From Leucoraja ocellata (Eukaryota): a DNA stretch of 64,000 nt. The first letter of the stretch is position 1, and each line of letters begins with the position of its first letter. Shown in pieces: positions 37,495 through 51,024 of the stretch. A model generated the notes under the pieces. It saw only the letters and a list, made by a program, of their open reading frames with translations. It had not been told where the DNA came from and did not search any database. The DNA is taken from contig JAWMAR010000203.1 of assembly GCA_036785375.1 (NCBI GenBank), positions 3,410,001 to 3,474,000 of the forward strand. Reading direction: 5' to 3'. The position numbers were made by a program, and so were the translations under genes.

Positions 37495-40400
37495 TGATAG
37501 AAACATAGACAAAGAAAATAGGTGCAGGAGTAGGCCATTCGGCCCTTCGAGCCTGCACCGCCATTCAATATGATCATGGCTGATCATCCTACTCAGTATC
37601 CTGTACCTGCCTTCTCTCCATATCCCCTGATCCCTTTAGCCACAAGGGCCACATCTAACTTCCTCTTAAATATAGCCAATGAACTGGCCTCAACTACCTT
37701 CTGTGGCAGAGAATTCCACAGATTCACCACTCTGTGTGAAAAATGTTTTTCTCATCTCGGTCCTAAAAGATTTCCCCCTTATCCTTAAACTGTGACCCCT
37801 TGTTCTGGACTTCCCTAACATCGGGAGCAATCGTCCTGCATCTAGCCTGTCCAACCCCATAAGAATTTTGTACGTTTCTATAAGATCCCCCCTCAATCTT
37901 CTAAATTCCAGCGGGTACAAGCCGAGTCTATCCAATTTTTCTTCATATGAAAGTCGTGACATCCCAGGAATCAGTCTGGTGAACCTTCTCTGTACTCCCT
38001 CTATGGCAAGAATGTCTTTCCTCAGATTAGGAGACTAAAACTGTACACAATACTCCAGGAGTGGTCTCACCAACACCCTGTACAACTGCAGTAGAAGCTC
38101 CCTGCTCCTATACTCAAATCCTTTTGCTATGAATGCTAACATACCATTCACTTTCTTCACTGCCTGCCATACCTGCATGCCTACTTTCAATGACTGGTGT
38201 ACCATGACACCCAAGTCTCGTTGCATCTCCCCTTTTCCTAATCGGCCACAATTCAGATAATAATCTACTATCCTGTTTTTGCCACCAAAGCGGATAACCT
38301 CACATGTATCCACATTATACTGCATCTGCCATGCATTTGCCCACTCACTCAGCCTATCCAAGTCACCTTGCAACCTCCTCACAGCTAACACTGCCCCCCA
38401 GCTTCGTGTCATCCGCAAACTTGGAGATGTTGCATTCAATTCCCTCGTCCAAATCATTAATATATATTGTAAATAGTTGCGGTCCCAGCACTGAGCCTTG
38501 CAGTACCCCACTAATCATTGCCTGCCATTGTGAAAAGGACCCGTTCACTCCTACTCTTTGCTTCCTGTCTGCCAACCGGTTCTCTAACCACATCAATACT
38601 GAACCCCCAATGCCGTGTTCTTTAAGTATGTATACTAATCTCTTATGTGGGACCTTGTCGAAAGCCTTCTGAAAGTCCAGATATAACATATCCACTGATT
38701 CTCCCTTATCCACTCTACCAGTTACATGTTGGGTACACTCTACTAGTTACATGATGGGTAGGGGGCGCTGCTCTGGCAGCAGCCATGTCAGCAGCACGTC
38801 AGTTTTTTTCAACTTTTTCTTATTTTTTAGTATGTTTTAAAGTATGTATTTTGTGTTTTTTTGTGTGTTTTGTGTGGGGGTGGTGTGGGGAGGTTAAGGG
38901 GGGAAACCGCTTCGGTCGCCTCCTCCATGGAGAGGCGACTTTTTTCCAGGTTGCCTCCCCCGTGGTCTAACATCAAGGATCGGCGCGGCCTTTCCCGGAG
39001 ACGCGCCCGGGGCTTCAGCGGCGGGCGCAGCGTGGACTCTCGGCATGGAGCGGGTGAGCCCTCGCTGGGGCTCGCTGGAGGGGAGCGCTCCGTTTCGCTG
39101 GCCCGGTGCAGCCGGCAGCCTGAAGTCGCGGTCTGCAGAGCTCCAGCTGGTATGGCGTCTACAGCCTGGGATCCCTCGTGGGGGACCCGGGGGAAGAAGA
39201 AGCCATCACTGCCGGCCCGCGGCCAACTTCTACCGCGGGGCCAGCATGGACTTACCAACACCCCTGGAGGGGAGCTTCGACCACCAGCCCTGCAGTCTAC
39301 GGTGCTTCTGGCTGCGGCGGAGACTTTAAATCTCGACCACCAGCCTGCGGCCTACAACAACTTAAAGCCGCGGTCTCCGGTGAGGAAGAGCCGATCCTGG
39401 ACTGACTCTGGTCCTGTCCACGGGGGGGAAATGGCCAAATTTTTGTGCCTTCCACCACAGTGTTGAATGCTGTGGTGGATGTTTGTGTTACATTTTTTAT
39501 TGTGGTTGTGTGTTCTTTATTACTGTATCGCTGCTGACAACCCAAAATTCCACCAGCCTGGCTGTGTGGTCATTAAAATACAATACAATACAATACAATA
39601 CATCCTCGAAAACTTCTATAAGATTCGTCAGACATGATTTACCTTTCATAAATCCATGCTGACTGTTGTGTCCAATGATTTCGCCACTTTCCAAATGTAC
39701 TGCTATCCCATCTTTAATAACCGACTCTAGCAGTTTCCCCACTACCGATGTTAGACTAACTGGTCTGTAATTCCCTGTTTTCTCTCTCCCTCCGTTTTTA
39801 AAAAGTGGGGTTACATTAGCTACCGTCCAATCTTCAGGAACTACACCAGAATCTAAAGAATTTTGAAAAAATATCACCAATGCATCCACTATTTCTGGGG
39901 CTACTTCCTTAAGTACTCTGAGATGCAGCCTATGTGGCCCTGGGGATTTATCGGCCTTTAATCCATTCAATTTACCTACCACTTCCCGGCTAACCTGGAT
40001 TTCACTCAGTTCCTCCATCTCATTTGACCCCCCAGTCCCCTGCTATTTCCGGCAGATTATTTATGTCTTCCTTAGTGAAGACAGAACCAAAGTAGTTATT
40101 CAATTGAAGGTACACAAAATTGCTGGAGAAACTCAGCGGGTGCAGCAGCATCTTTGGAGCGAAGAAAATAGGCGACGTTTCGGGCCGAAACCCTTCTTCA
40201 GATTGGTCTGCCATGTCCTTGTTCCCCATGATCAATTCACCTGTATCTGATTGCAAGGGACCTAAATTTGTTATAACTAATCTTTTTCTCTTCACATATC
40301 TATAAAAACTTTTGCAGTCAGTTTTTATATTCCCTGCCAGTTTTCTGTCATAATCTATTTTCCCTTTCCTAATTAAGCATTTTGTCCTCCTCTACTGGAC

Positions 40401-40570
40401 TCTGAATTTCTCCCAGTCCTCTGGTAGCCTGCTTTTTCTGGCTAATTTGTATGCTTCATCTTTTGTTTTGATAATACCCCTGATTTCCCTGGTTATCCAC
40501 GGATGCACTACCTTCCCTGATTTATTCTTTTGCCAAACTGGGATGAACAATTGTTGTAGTTCATCCATAG
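37495..40570 (-). mobile_element. CR1 LINE (RT to 3' end) split by a GC-rich insert (~38760-39600) and a Penelope repeat (~40106-40201)
   Basis: Minus ORFs with [31 protein letters not shown] and KFADDTKL. Confidence 0.9.
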
Positions 40571-40740
40571 TTCATCCATGCAGTCTTTAATATTTCGGGT
40601 TGGGTCCTAATCATGTTCTCTAGAGATGCTGCTTGAGCCGCTGAGTTACTCCAGCACTTTGTGCCTCTTTTCTTGTAAACCAGCATCTTCAGTTCCTCGT
40701 TTCCACAAATGTACGAAGAGTTATTTCACTGAACTACCGT

Positions 40741-40847
40741 CCAATCTGCGGTCGATCTCACGCACAGCAGCGCAGAAAAACTGGCAGCGGTTGTGAATTC
40801 TGCAGAATGACCAGAGGCTCCGTGTAATCCGTGTCTCGGCACTTCCT
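40741..40847 (+). promoter_or_regulatory. Candidate gene B proximal promoter motifs
   Basis: CCAAT (40741-45), RUNX-like TGCGGT (40747-52) and ETS-like ACTTCCT (40841-47) in ~150 bp of unique DNA before the ATG. Short motifs that could occur by chance. Confidence 0.3.
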
Positions 40848-40861
40848 TCACCAAAATAAAA

Positions 40862-40910
40862 ATGTCATCGTTTGCAAAATTCATCTCCACACTCTGCCTC
40901 TTTCTCCCAG
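40862..40910 (+). CDS. Gene B exon 1: signal peptide
   Basis: aaaATG; MSSFAKFISTLCLFLP(G); perfect donor CAG|gtaagt in phase 1. The leader is completed by GSAVG in exon 2. Confidence 0.85.
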
Positions 40911-41697
40911 GTAAGTCATTCATGTTCACCCTTACTAACCCCTGTTCACGTTGTCTTCCGATAACTTATTTCTTTCTATCCCTTTTGCACTAATGTTTGT
41001 TGCTTTTTTGCCGTCTTGTAGAAATGTCATGTGTAATTTATGTTCAATTTGTTTTTGAATATGTGTTTGTTTCAGTGTAAGTGCATGTGATGCTGTTGCA
41101 AGCAAGATTTTAATTTAGACACAAAAGCAGAAATTGAACATGTAGTTAAAATAAGTTTGTCAGAAAGTTAACTTTAATTTAAGACTAAATTTAAGCGAAG
41201 GGTTCCGACCCGAAATGTCACCCGTCATTTTTCTCCAGAGATGCTGCGTGACCCGCTGAGTTACTCCAGCACCTAGTGTCTATCTTAAATATAAGTGACA
41301 CAAGGAACTATAGAATAATGTAAGTTTACATGAGGACGTTAACGCAAATAAATGTAAGAGACGCAAGAAATGCAGATGCTGGAATCTTGAACAAAACACA
41401 GTACTGGAGTAACTCAGCGGGTCAGGCAGCATCTCTGGAGAACATGGACAGGTCACGTTTCGCGTCGCGACCTTTCTTCGCATATGTTCTCCAGAGATGC
41501 TACTAGCGTCTCCAGCACTTTGTGTCTGTCTTCGATATAGATCAGCATCTGCAGTTCCTTCCTACACAGGTGGTTACAGGTGAGAGGGGGGGGGGGGGGG
41601 GGGTTAATTGGGCCTGGACCTCGCTGTCCTTGTGCCCATGATAGTAAACTCGAGTTACTCGGAAGGCGTCGTTAACTATGTTCACTTTCCGTGCCAG

Positions 41698-42027
41698 GGT
41701 CCGCTGTCGGTGTGAGGGTGAACCAGTCTCCTGCTGCTCTGACACTTCTCCGAGGACAGACAGCTACGTTCACCTGCTCCCTGCTACCTGGAGAGGGGGA
41801 GATAGTTTTAATGAGGGAATTCTGGTTTCGGACGAAAGACAACCCGGAGCTCTGGGACAACAAGACCGAGAGTTTTCTGAAGACAGGCGACCGACTGTTC
41901 GTGTCCCTGGGCTCGCTGGTCATTCGGGAGGTGACTGTGCACGATGCAGACACTTACCATTGTGTGGTACTGATACATGATATCTGGAAAAAGTTTACAG
42001 GAAACGGAACCACATTACATATCCAAG
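41698..42027 (+). CDS. Gene B exon 2: germline-joined VJ-type IgV domain (NKp30/antigen-receptor-like)
   Basis: Phase 1-1. (G)SAVGVRVNQSPAALTLLRGQTATFTCSLLPGEGEIVLMREFWFRTKDNPELWDNKTESFLKTGDRLFVSLGSLVIREVTVHDADTYHCVVLIHDIWKKFTGNGTTLHIQ has QSP, B-strand Cys, WFR, DADTYHC and J-like GNGTTLHI, then AAG|gtaatt. Confidence 0.93.
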
Positions 42028-42724
42028 GTAATTAATATAGAACATACAACAGGAACAGGCCCTTCAGCCCACAATGTTCGTGCGGACCATGAGGCCAAGT
42101 TAAACTAACTTGTATATTCATGTGTCTATCCAAAAGTCTCTTAAACTCTACGATCGAATCTGCCTCCACAGCCACCCCGAGATCTGATGCGATGGAGTTG
42201 GTGAATCGCACGAATCCCAAGTTCCCCAACCCGAAACACCGCCTGTCCATTCTCTCCACAGATGCGGCCTTAACCGCTGAGTTCCTCCAGCATTTTGTGT
42301 TTTGCTTAAGACTGCAGCGCCTGCAGTTCCATGTCTCTACTTCTATTTCATTCCTGCATTTCATCTCTCTCTATTAATGCTCATTTTCCGGCTCAAACCA
42401 GCCCAGTCTGACAAAAGGTCCCGAACTTAAACGTCATATATCCATGATTTCCAGAGATGCTGCCTGACCCGCTGAGTTACTCCAGCGCTTTGAGTCTAAC
42501 TTTGGTAAAAATAAACCTCGCATCTGCAGTTCCTCCTGTCTCCCTAATGATACAAAATAGATAATGAAAACAACCTCAACCTCGGTCGCAGTGTTTATAT
42601 TCCCAATAGTTCTAGTGTTGGCATTTAATTCTCTTGATTTCCTTACAAGCAGGGAGATGGAAACAAAGCCTCTTTGTTTCTCTCAGTTTTCTCTAGATTC
42701 CCTCTTGACCTGACGAGCTGAAGG

Positions 42725-43465
42725 CGTCAAGTTGGGAAAAGGGGAAGTACAACGGGATCTGGGGGTCCTTGTTCATCAGTCTATGAAAGTAAGCATGCGG
42801 GTACAGCAGGCAGTGAAGAAAGCGAATGGCATGTTGGCCTTTATAACAAGAGGGATCGAATATAGGAGCAAAGAGGTCCTTCTGCAGTTGTACAGAGCCC
42901 TAGTGAGACCACACCTGGAGTATTGTGTGTAGTTTTAGTCCTCTAATTAGAGGAAGGACATTCTTGCTGTTGAGGGAGTGCAGCGTAGGTTTACAAGGTT
43001 AATTCCAGGATGGCGGGGCTGTCATATGCTGAGAGAATGGAGCAGCTGGGTTTGTACCCTCTGGAGTTTAGAAGGATGAGAAGGCATCTCATTGAAACAT
43101 GTAAGATTGTTAAAGGCTTGAACACGCTAGAGGCAGGTAACATGTTCCAGATGTTGGGGGAATCCAGAACCAGGGGCACAGTTTAAGAGTAAGGAGTAAG
43201 GCATTTAGAACGAAGAAACACTTTTTCTCAAAGAGAGTGGTGAGCCTGTGGAATTATCTGCCTCTGAGGGAGGTGGAGGCAGGTTCTCTGGATGCTTTCA
43301 AGTGAGAGCTAGATAGAGCTCTTAAAAATAGCGGAGTCATGGGATATGGGGAAAAGGCAGGAACGGGGTACTGATTGGGGATGATCAGCCATGATCACAT
43401 TGAATGGCGGTGCTGGCTGGAAGGGCCAAATGGCCTACTCCTGCACTTATTGTTTATTGTCTATT
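42725..43465 (+). mobile_element. CR1 3' fragment in gene B intron 2
   Basis: RDLGVLVH...LYRALVRPHLEYC and CR1 3' UTR. Confidence 0.85.
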
Positions 43466-44799
43466 GAGTAACAGCGGGTCAGGCAGCATCTCTGGAGATC
43501 ATGGATAGGTGACGTCTCAGTACGGGGCCCTACTACAGACTGTGAGAGAGGTTATTACAGAACTGCTGTCGGAGAGAGGAGGATAACTTCTTCAAAGAAG
43601 GCATACCTTGAGGAATTTCACAGTGGAGCAGACAAATGTAGACACTGGATTATACCACTCAGCGGGTCAGGCAGCACCTCTGTAGATCATAGAGAGGTGA
43701 CATTTAGGGTCAGGGCCCTTCGTCAGCCTGGGTTGGTTTGTGCCTCAACGTGCACATTAATAGAGAGAAATAAAATGCAGGAAGGGAAATTTACCGATTC
43801 ACATTGAAGGCTTCCAGTCGAAACCCTGACCCTGAGACACAAGGAACTGAAGGGGTTGGTTGAAACAAAGACGCAAAGTGCTGGAGTAACTAATCGAGTC
43901 AGGCAGCATCTCTGGAGAACATGGACCGTTATTCTCTTCCCACGAATCAGGCCTGTCCGGCTGAATATTTATATGTTCTGTTTTAGATGTCCATCATCTG
44001 CTTGGATTTAGTTTACCGTCTACATATTCACTTCCATTTCATGCATTAAAACACACAAAGTGCTGGAGGAACTCGGCAGGTCCGGCAGCATCTGTGGAAT
44101 GAATGGCGATTCAGACCGAAGAATGGTCCCGACCCGAAACACCGCCTGTCCATTTCGCCCGCTGATTCACTGTGATTATGGCTGATCATCCACAGTCAGT
44201 ACCCCGTTCCTGCCTTCTCCCCATATCCATGGACTCCGCTATCTTTAAGAGCTCTATAACTCTCTCTTAAAAGCATCCAGAGAATTGGCCTCCACCGCCT
44301 TCTGAGGCAGAGAATTCCGCAGATTCACAACTCTCTGGGAGAAATGTTTTTCCTCATCTCCATTCTAAATGGCTTACTCCTTATTCTTAAAAATTCCAGC
44401 ATCTCCAATTCCTTGTCTCCACTTCCATTTCATTCGCTTCCTGTATTTTTCTTTCTTATTGTGCATTTTGAGACACAGACTGAAGAGATGTAGTCTGTAG
44501 ATGTAACCCGACCCGAAACATCACATATCATCCATGAAGAGTTACTCCAGCACTTTGTGTCTCGTCAGCTATCCATGTTCTCCAGAGATGCCGACTGACC
44601 CTCTGAGTTACTCCAGTACTTGTGCCTTTCTTTGGTATAAACCAGCGTTTGCAGCTCCTCTTTATTCCGCTAATAATCCATTGAATAACTTGGTTGCTCC
44701 TTAAGCAGGTGCACGGCGTGCCGTGTCATCATAGTTGCTCCATGCATGACTGAGAGCGACAGGAAGATTCACAGCGTGTTATTTTCCTACTTTACGCAG

Positions 44800-45099
44800 C
44801 GAAGCCTGACATCTCCCTGACCCTGGATCCCGGGATAGAAGGCGCAGAGACGCGGAGCCTGACTTGTGTGGCCGCCGGATTCTTCCCGAGGGAGCTGAAC
44901 ATGTCCTGGGCTGTCGTGGGCCAGTTGTCCTATGAAACAGAAGCGGGGCCGCTGAGGGAGAATGAGGATGGAAGCTTCAACGTGAGCTCCCGGCTGCGGC
45001 TCACCGGCCCTCGGCTAGAGGCGGGCATGGTCGTCACCTGCCTGGTTCAGCACCTCACGGGGACGGGCTCAGTGAGCGAACGTTTCCCTCCCATCCCAA
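44800..45099 (+). CDS. Gene B exon 3: C1-set Ig domain
   Basis: Acceptor ttttcctactttacgcag, donor CAA|gtaagt, phase 1-1. (A)KPDISLTLDPGIEGAETRSLTCVAAGFFPRELNMSWAVVGQLSYETEAGPLRENEDGSFNVSSRLRLTGPRLEAGMVVTCLVQHLTGTGSVSERFPPIP shows C1 hallmarks C.A.GFFP, N.DGSF...S.L and C.V.H. Confidence 0.93.
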
Positions 45100-45961
45100 G
45101 TAAGTGGCTTGAATGAACGTGGCAGCCAGCGTCCTCCAATTACTGAAGATACACAGAGTGCTGGAGTAACTCAGCGGCTCAGTTACTGCCGAGTTACTCC
45201 AACATGTTGTGTCTATCTGCGCTGTAAACTAGCATCTACAGGTCCTTCCTACACATGTCCAAGGTTGCAAGGTTTAATAGTACATGTGTACACATTTGTT
45301 AAACGGAGCCACAATGAACTGCAGATTCAAGATTACAAAAAAGACACAACGTGCTGAAGTAACTCAGTAGCGTGTAGTAGCATCTCTGGAGAACGTTGAA
45401 CACAATTCATAAACCTGATCAAAAGTGTATAAGATCACTCAATGTGTACAATATCAACCGCAAATATGTATTTAGACTTTCAGACTTTAGAGATACGCGG
45501 GAAAAGGCATTTCGGCCGATCAGCGATCACCTCATACACTGGCTAGACAAACACACGCTGGAGGAACTCAGCGGGTGAGGCCGCATCTATGTAGAGAAGG
45601 ATATGCGACGTTTCGGGTCGAGACCCTTCTTCTTAAACACATCATACACTAACACTATCCTGTACATTGGGGACAATTTACAATTTTACCGAAGCCAATT
45701 AACCTACAAACTCGTACGTCTTTGGAGTGTGGGAGGAAACCGGAGCACCCGGAAAAAAACCCACACAGGTCACGGGAAGAACGTACAGACTCCGCACATC
45801 CAACACCCGGAGTCAGTATTGAACCCGCGTCTAATGCGCTGTAATGCAGCAACTCAAGTACAGTTCATTTGTGCATCGATATATATATATATATCTTTCT
45901 TCATTATTATTTGAAACATTTACCGTTACAATACGGCGTAAGTGCTTTATCATATCAATAT

Positions 45962-46330
45962 ATTAACCATATAACCATATAACAATTACAGCACGGAAAC
46001 AGGCCATCTCGGCCCTACAAGTCCTTGCCGAACAACTTTTTATCCTTAGTCCCACCTGCCTGCACTCATACCATAACCCTCCATTCCCTTCTCATCCATA
46101 TGCCTATCCAATTTATTTTTAAATGATACCAACGAACCTGCCTCCCCCACTTCCACTGGAAGCTCATTCCACACCGCTACCACTCTCTGAGTAAAGAGGT
46201 TCCCCCTCATGTTACCCCTAAACTTCTGTCCCTTAATTCTGAAGTCATGTCCTCTTGTTTGAATCTTCCCTATTCTCAAAGGGAAAAGCTTATCCACATC
46301 AACTCTGTCTATCCCTCTCATCATTTTAAA
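45962..46330 (-). mobile_element. CR1 3' fragment
   Basis: ORF 46046-46324 is almost identical to the CR1 end at ~19660-20012. Confidence 0.85.
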
Positions 46331-46657
46331 ATGATGATATTATTTAATACATCTTGTACCCTGTATTTTAACGGTAAATATCTCAAATAATAATGGAAGT
46401 TGAAGAAAGATGTATAAAATTGATACTCGAGAAACTGCAGATGCTGGAATCTTGAGCTGGAGGAACTCAGCATCTGTGGAGGGAATGGACATGAGTCGTT
46501 TCGGGTCGGGACCCTTAGCTCACAGATGCTGCCTGACCCACTTAGTTCCCCCAGCACTTTGTGTTTTGCTCAAGATTCCGGCATCTGTGGTTCCTTGTGT
46601 CTGCAAATTTCATATTGTTTAATTAATTTAATTTATTCTGCGTTCATCGACGCACAG

Positions 46658-46683
46658 ATGGAATCTCGACAAAAAGGGTTTAG
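46658..46683 (+). CDS. Gene B candidate mini-exon ending in an in-frame stop
   Basis: Acceptor tttattctgcgttcatcgacgcacag and donor TAG|gtaaat. In the C1 frame it reads (N)GISTKRV*. Confidence 0.35.
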
Positions 46684-47759
46684 GTAAATATATAAACTAT
46701 AAACAAACGCAGCGGGTCAAGCAGCATCTGTGGAGGTTATGAACAGACGATGTTTCAGACTGACGAAGGTTCCCGATCCAAACATCGTCTGTCCTTTCCC
46801 CCCACAGATGCTGCCTGACCCGCTGAGTACCTCCAACACGTTGTGTTTTGCTCTAGATTCCAGCATCTGCAGTTCCTTGTATCTCCATAAACTATACACA
46901 ATACTTAATTATTTCCACTTCAATTTCACTCCCGGTGCCCCACCTGTTATAGTGTTGCTGTTAAATCAACTTGGTTTCCTTACAAGGACAGTGGAATATG
47001 GTGGAACGGTGGGAAAGGGGCACAAATTGCTGGAGTAACTCAGCGGGTCAGGCAGTATCTCTAGAGAACATGGATAGATGATGTTTCGGGTCAGGACCCT
47101 TCTTCAGACTGAATATTATATTATGAAATATTGTAATGTACACGACTCCTATGAAGGCAGCGTTGTGATGTTGCTAAATTTTCTAATGATACAAAGACAG
47201 ATAGGAACGTTGATTGTGGATAGAATATATGAACAAGAAAATAGATGTGAAGTGTAGCATAATGTGGAGGGAAAAAAGCAAAATTGTATATTGTGATGAG
47301 AAAACAAAAGCTTTTTGCTGCATCTCAGTCCATGTAACAATAAACTAAACTAAATTAAAACAAAAAAGTTAAAAAGAGTTCTGACACAGGTTTTGACCTG
47401 AAACGATGAATCTGATTTTCTCTTCACAAATCCTCATGATCTTAGGAGCATTTAAAGTTTTTATTGAGGGTGGTGTGAGCTGGATCATGCTGCCAGGGGT
47501 GGTGGGGGATGCAGATGCGATTTGTGGTGTTAGAGGTTAGAGGTTTTGATAGGCACATGGAATTGCAGGGAATGGAGGGATATGGATGATATGCAAACAG
47601 AGATTAGTTTAACTTGGCATCATGTTCTTCATGGACATTGTGGGCTGAAGGACCTGTTCCTGAATTGGTATATGTTCTACTTTAGAGTAGTTTACTTGTT
47701 TTCATTGGTCTATCTTTGGTATAAACCAGCATCAGCATTTCTTTCCTACATTCTCTATC

Positions 47760-50700
47760 TATCTGTCTGAAAAAGGGTTGCGACCCGAAACGTCACCTAC
47801 AGTATTTCTTTCCTTTAGAGATGCTGACTGAACCGCTGAGTTACTACAGCACTTTGTGTTTATCTTCTGATTTTTATTTACTTTTGAAATTATTGCCACT
47901 TTTCCCCCAGGAATATCACCCTGGAAAAAATGTCCCTGCAACCACAAGAGATGCAACACCTGTCCCTATACCATCTCCCTCGACTCCGTCCCAGGATCCC
48001 GGTAATCCTTTCAGGTTAAGCAGAGGTTCACTTGCATCTCCTCCAACCTCACCTACTGTATCTGTTGTTCAAGATGTGGACTCTTATATATTGGCGAGAC
48101 CAAATGTAGACTGGGCCATCATTTCGCTGAACACCTTCTCTCAGTCCGCCTGGCCCTACCTGATCTCCCAGTTGCTAAACACATTTAATTCTCCTTCTCA
48201 TTCCCGCTCTAACCTTTCTGTTCTAGGCCTCCTCCATTATCAAAGTGAGGTTAAATGGAAATTGGAGGAATGGCCCTATTTATTCTCGGTGATGGAAACA
48301 TTTCAACTGGGTGAGACGTTTTGCACATGGGTTAAGCTTTTATACACTAACCCAACAGCTAGAATACTGACAAATCAAATGTTATCAACAAAATTTGATT
48401 TATCTAAAGGTTTCAGACAAGGATGCCCGTTATCTCCATTATTATTCACCCTTGCTATTGAACCACTAGCAGAAAGTGTTCGAGCACATCCAGTAATATA
48501 TGGGTATAATACTAAAAATACAGTTAATAAAATCTCTCTATATGCAGACGATGTATTACTATATATTGCAAACCCAGAAATCAGCATTCCAAACTTGTTA
48601 AATCTTGTAACTCAATTTGGTTTATTTTCAGGATATGGAATTAATTGGAATAAAAGTGAGATTATGCCAAGTTATATATATTGCAACAATCACCTTTCAG
48701 AATAGTCAAACAAAAATGTAAATACCTAGGAATTTATGTGACCATGAAATATACTTCTTTATTTAAATCAAATTTCATGCCTTTACTTAATAAATTGCAT
48801 AAGAATATTCAATATTGGAAAACACTTCTCATTTCAATGCTCGGTAGATTTAACGCTATAAAAATGATTTTCTTCTGCAATTGCTATACCGTTTACAATC
48901 AATTCCTATAAATCTCCCAAAATATTTATTTTAAAAAGTTGACTATAGTGACAAGTTTTATTTGGAATTATAAGAACCATAGAATAAGGAAAACACACTT
49001 ATGCAAATCCAAGACCAAAGGAGGATTAGTTTTACCAATTTTTTAATTGTACTTTTGGGCAGTCAATGTCAAAAATATGAATTTTTGGTTGGAAGATATG
49101 GATCAACAACCAGACTGGTTAAAAATGGAAAAGGAAGACTGTTTGCCTTTTGAAATTGGTCCGATTCTGTTAGCTCCCACAAAATTGAATTAAAAAATCT
49201 ATAGTGAAAACCCTATAATATATTCGGGCCGCCCTCACGGGTATTCGAATTTGGAAACAACCAAAAAAGACATTAAAATTGGATAATTTATCATTTTCTC
49301 TCCCCATTGCAAATAACCCTTCATTTAAACCCTCAGTGTTGGATAAAGGTTTTTTTACAATGGAAAAATCATGGAATTAAAAAGATGGGACATCTTTATA
49401 GAAATTGTATTTTTCTCTCGTTTGAGGAGTTACAACAGAATTACGGATTACATTCAAATAATTTTTTTAGATATTTACAACTTAAAGATTATGTTAAATC
49501 ACATACACGAGAACACAGAACCAGAGAACCAGAGATTTGAGATGAATGTTTGAATAAACACCCTAACACAGTCAAATTAATATCTTACATTTATAATACT
49601 TTTATAGACAGTGAGAATCCGTCGACGGAATTATACAGAGCAGCATGGGAAAAGGAATTAGCTCAACCTATAACGAAAGATATTTGGGACGAAAGCCTAC
49701 AACATATACACCAATGTTCGTTAAATGCCATACATTCTTTAATACAATTTAAAGCACTACATAGACTGCATTATTCTAAAACAAAATTAAATAGAATGTT
49801 TCCTAATATCTCTCCTATCTGTGATAAATGTCAATCCCACGTGGCTAATTCAACCCATACTTTTGTAAACTGTAGTAAAATTAAAAATTACTGGATGGAT
49901 ATTTTCAAAATAATCTCTGTAGTCGTCAATATCTAAATGGATCCCAATCCTAAATTAATAATATTGGGCATATCAGAACAATACCTAAAACTCACAATAA
50001 ACCAAATAAATTTCCTTGATTACAGTATAATAATTGGGAAAAAATTGATATTAAAATTTTGGAAAAACCCAACAACCCCCACAATCAAGATGTGGATTAT
50101 GGAGATGTCGGAGATTACATTTGGAAAAAATTAGATTTGTCTTAATTGACAAACCAGAATTATTTACTAGAATATGGTCTCCATTTATAGATTATTTGAA
50201 GGGGTAGATCGGACTAGTGCGGAGGCCGGACTGAAGCCTAAACCCAGGACTAGATGAATAGTTATGTTCTCTGGCCCCAAATTGTATTATTGATAGTTTA
50301 TCCTATTTTTCTAATTTCCTTCTTTCTTTCTTTCCTTTTCCTATCTATAAATATAAATAAATAATTAGAGGCAATGTTAACATGTAACCGATAAAGGAGG
50401 ATCCCAGCTACTTTGGTAACTGGCACCCTGGAAACCTGGATATTTAATATGTGACCATTAAACAAAGTCTGTACGGATTATGATATGCAGATGCCTCTAA
50501 TAAAAAATGTATTTTAAAAAAAAAGGAAATTGGAGGAACAACATCTCATATTACGCTTGGGCAGCTTACAACCCAGGGGTATGAATATTGATTTCTCTAA
50601 CTTCAAGTAACCCTTGCATTCCCTCTCGCTTTCCATCCCTCCCCATCCAAGTCACAACAGTTTTTTGTTCTCACCTAGCTACAGCTAACAATGACCTGTT

Positions 50701-50930
50701 TCCTTTATCATCAATATTTTTTTGCATATCTTTCATTCAGTTGTTCTTTATCTCTCTACATCATTGTCGATATCTCTTGTTTCCCTTCCCCTTGACTTTC
50801 AGTCTGCAGAAGTCTTGACTCAAAACGTCACCCATTCTTTCTCTCCAAAGATGCTGCCTGTCCCACTGAGTTACTTCAGCATTTTGTGTCTATCTTCAAT
50901 TTGAACCAGCATCTGTAGTTCCTTCCTATG
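47760..50930 (+). mobile_element. Penelope-like element remnant (GIY-YIG endonuclease between terminal repeats) split by an L1-like insertion
   Basis: ~47935-48270 reads PCNHKRCNTC...FTCISSNLTYCICCSRCGLLYIGETKCRLGHHFAEH, with a stop. It resumes after 50538 as QHLILRLGSLQPRGMNIDFSNFK*. Direct terminal repeats at ~47760-47870 and ~50800-50930. Confidence 0.8.
48271..50524 (+). mobile_element. L1-clade LINE, 5'-truncated
   Basis: GFRQGCPLSPLLF, SLYADDVLL, KYLGI, C-terminal CDKC...H...C knuckle and A-rich tail. 14-bp TSD GGAAATTGGAGGAA (48257-70, 50525-38). Confidence 0.9.
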
Positions 50931-51024
50931 AAATTCTGCTCCTCTCTATCGTCTAATTTGCTCCCTGTTCTCACGATAGGTCATTGACCTGTTTCTTTAA
51001 CTTTGTTTCTCTTTACACATTTTT

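Noticed and set aside
41698-45099. Rearranging TCR or Ig light-chain locus
   Set aside because: The J-like strand is fused within the V exon, no RSS or separate J segments were seen, and the tail is long with an ITIM. A germline-joined IgL cluster is disfavoured because the C1 has a splice donor, no terminal Cys and a downstream TM exon.
47821-48705. 294-aa ORF as a host or fusion gene
   Set aside because: An off-frame Penelope segment reading into L1 RT across an insertion junction; no splice or promoter support.
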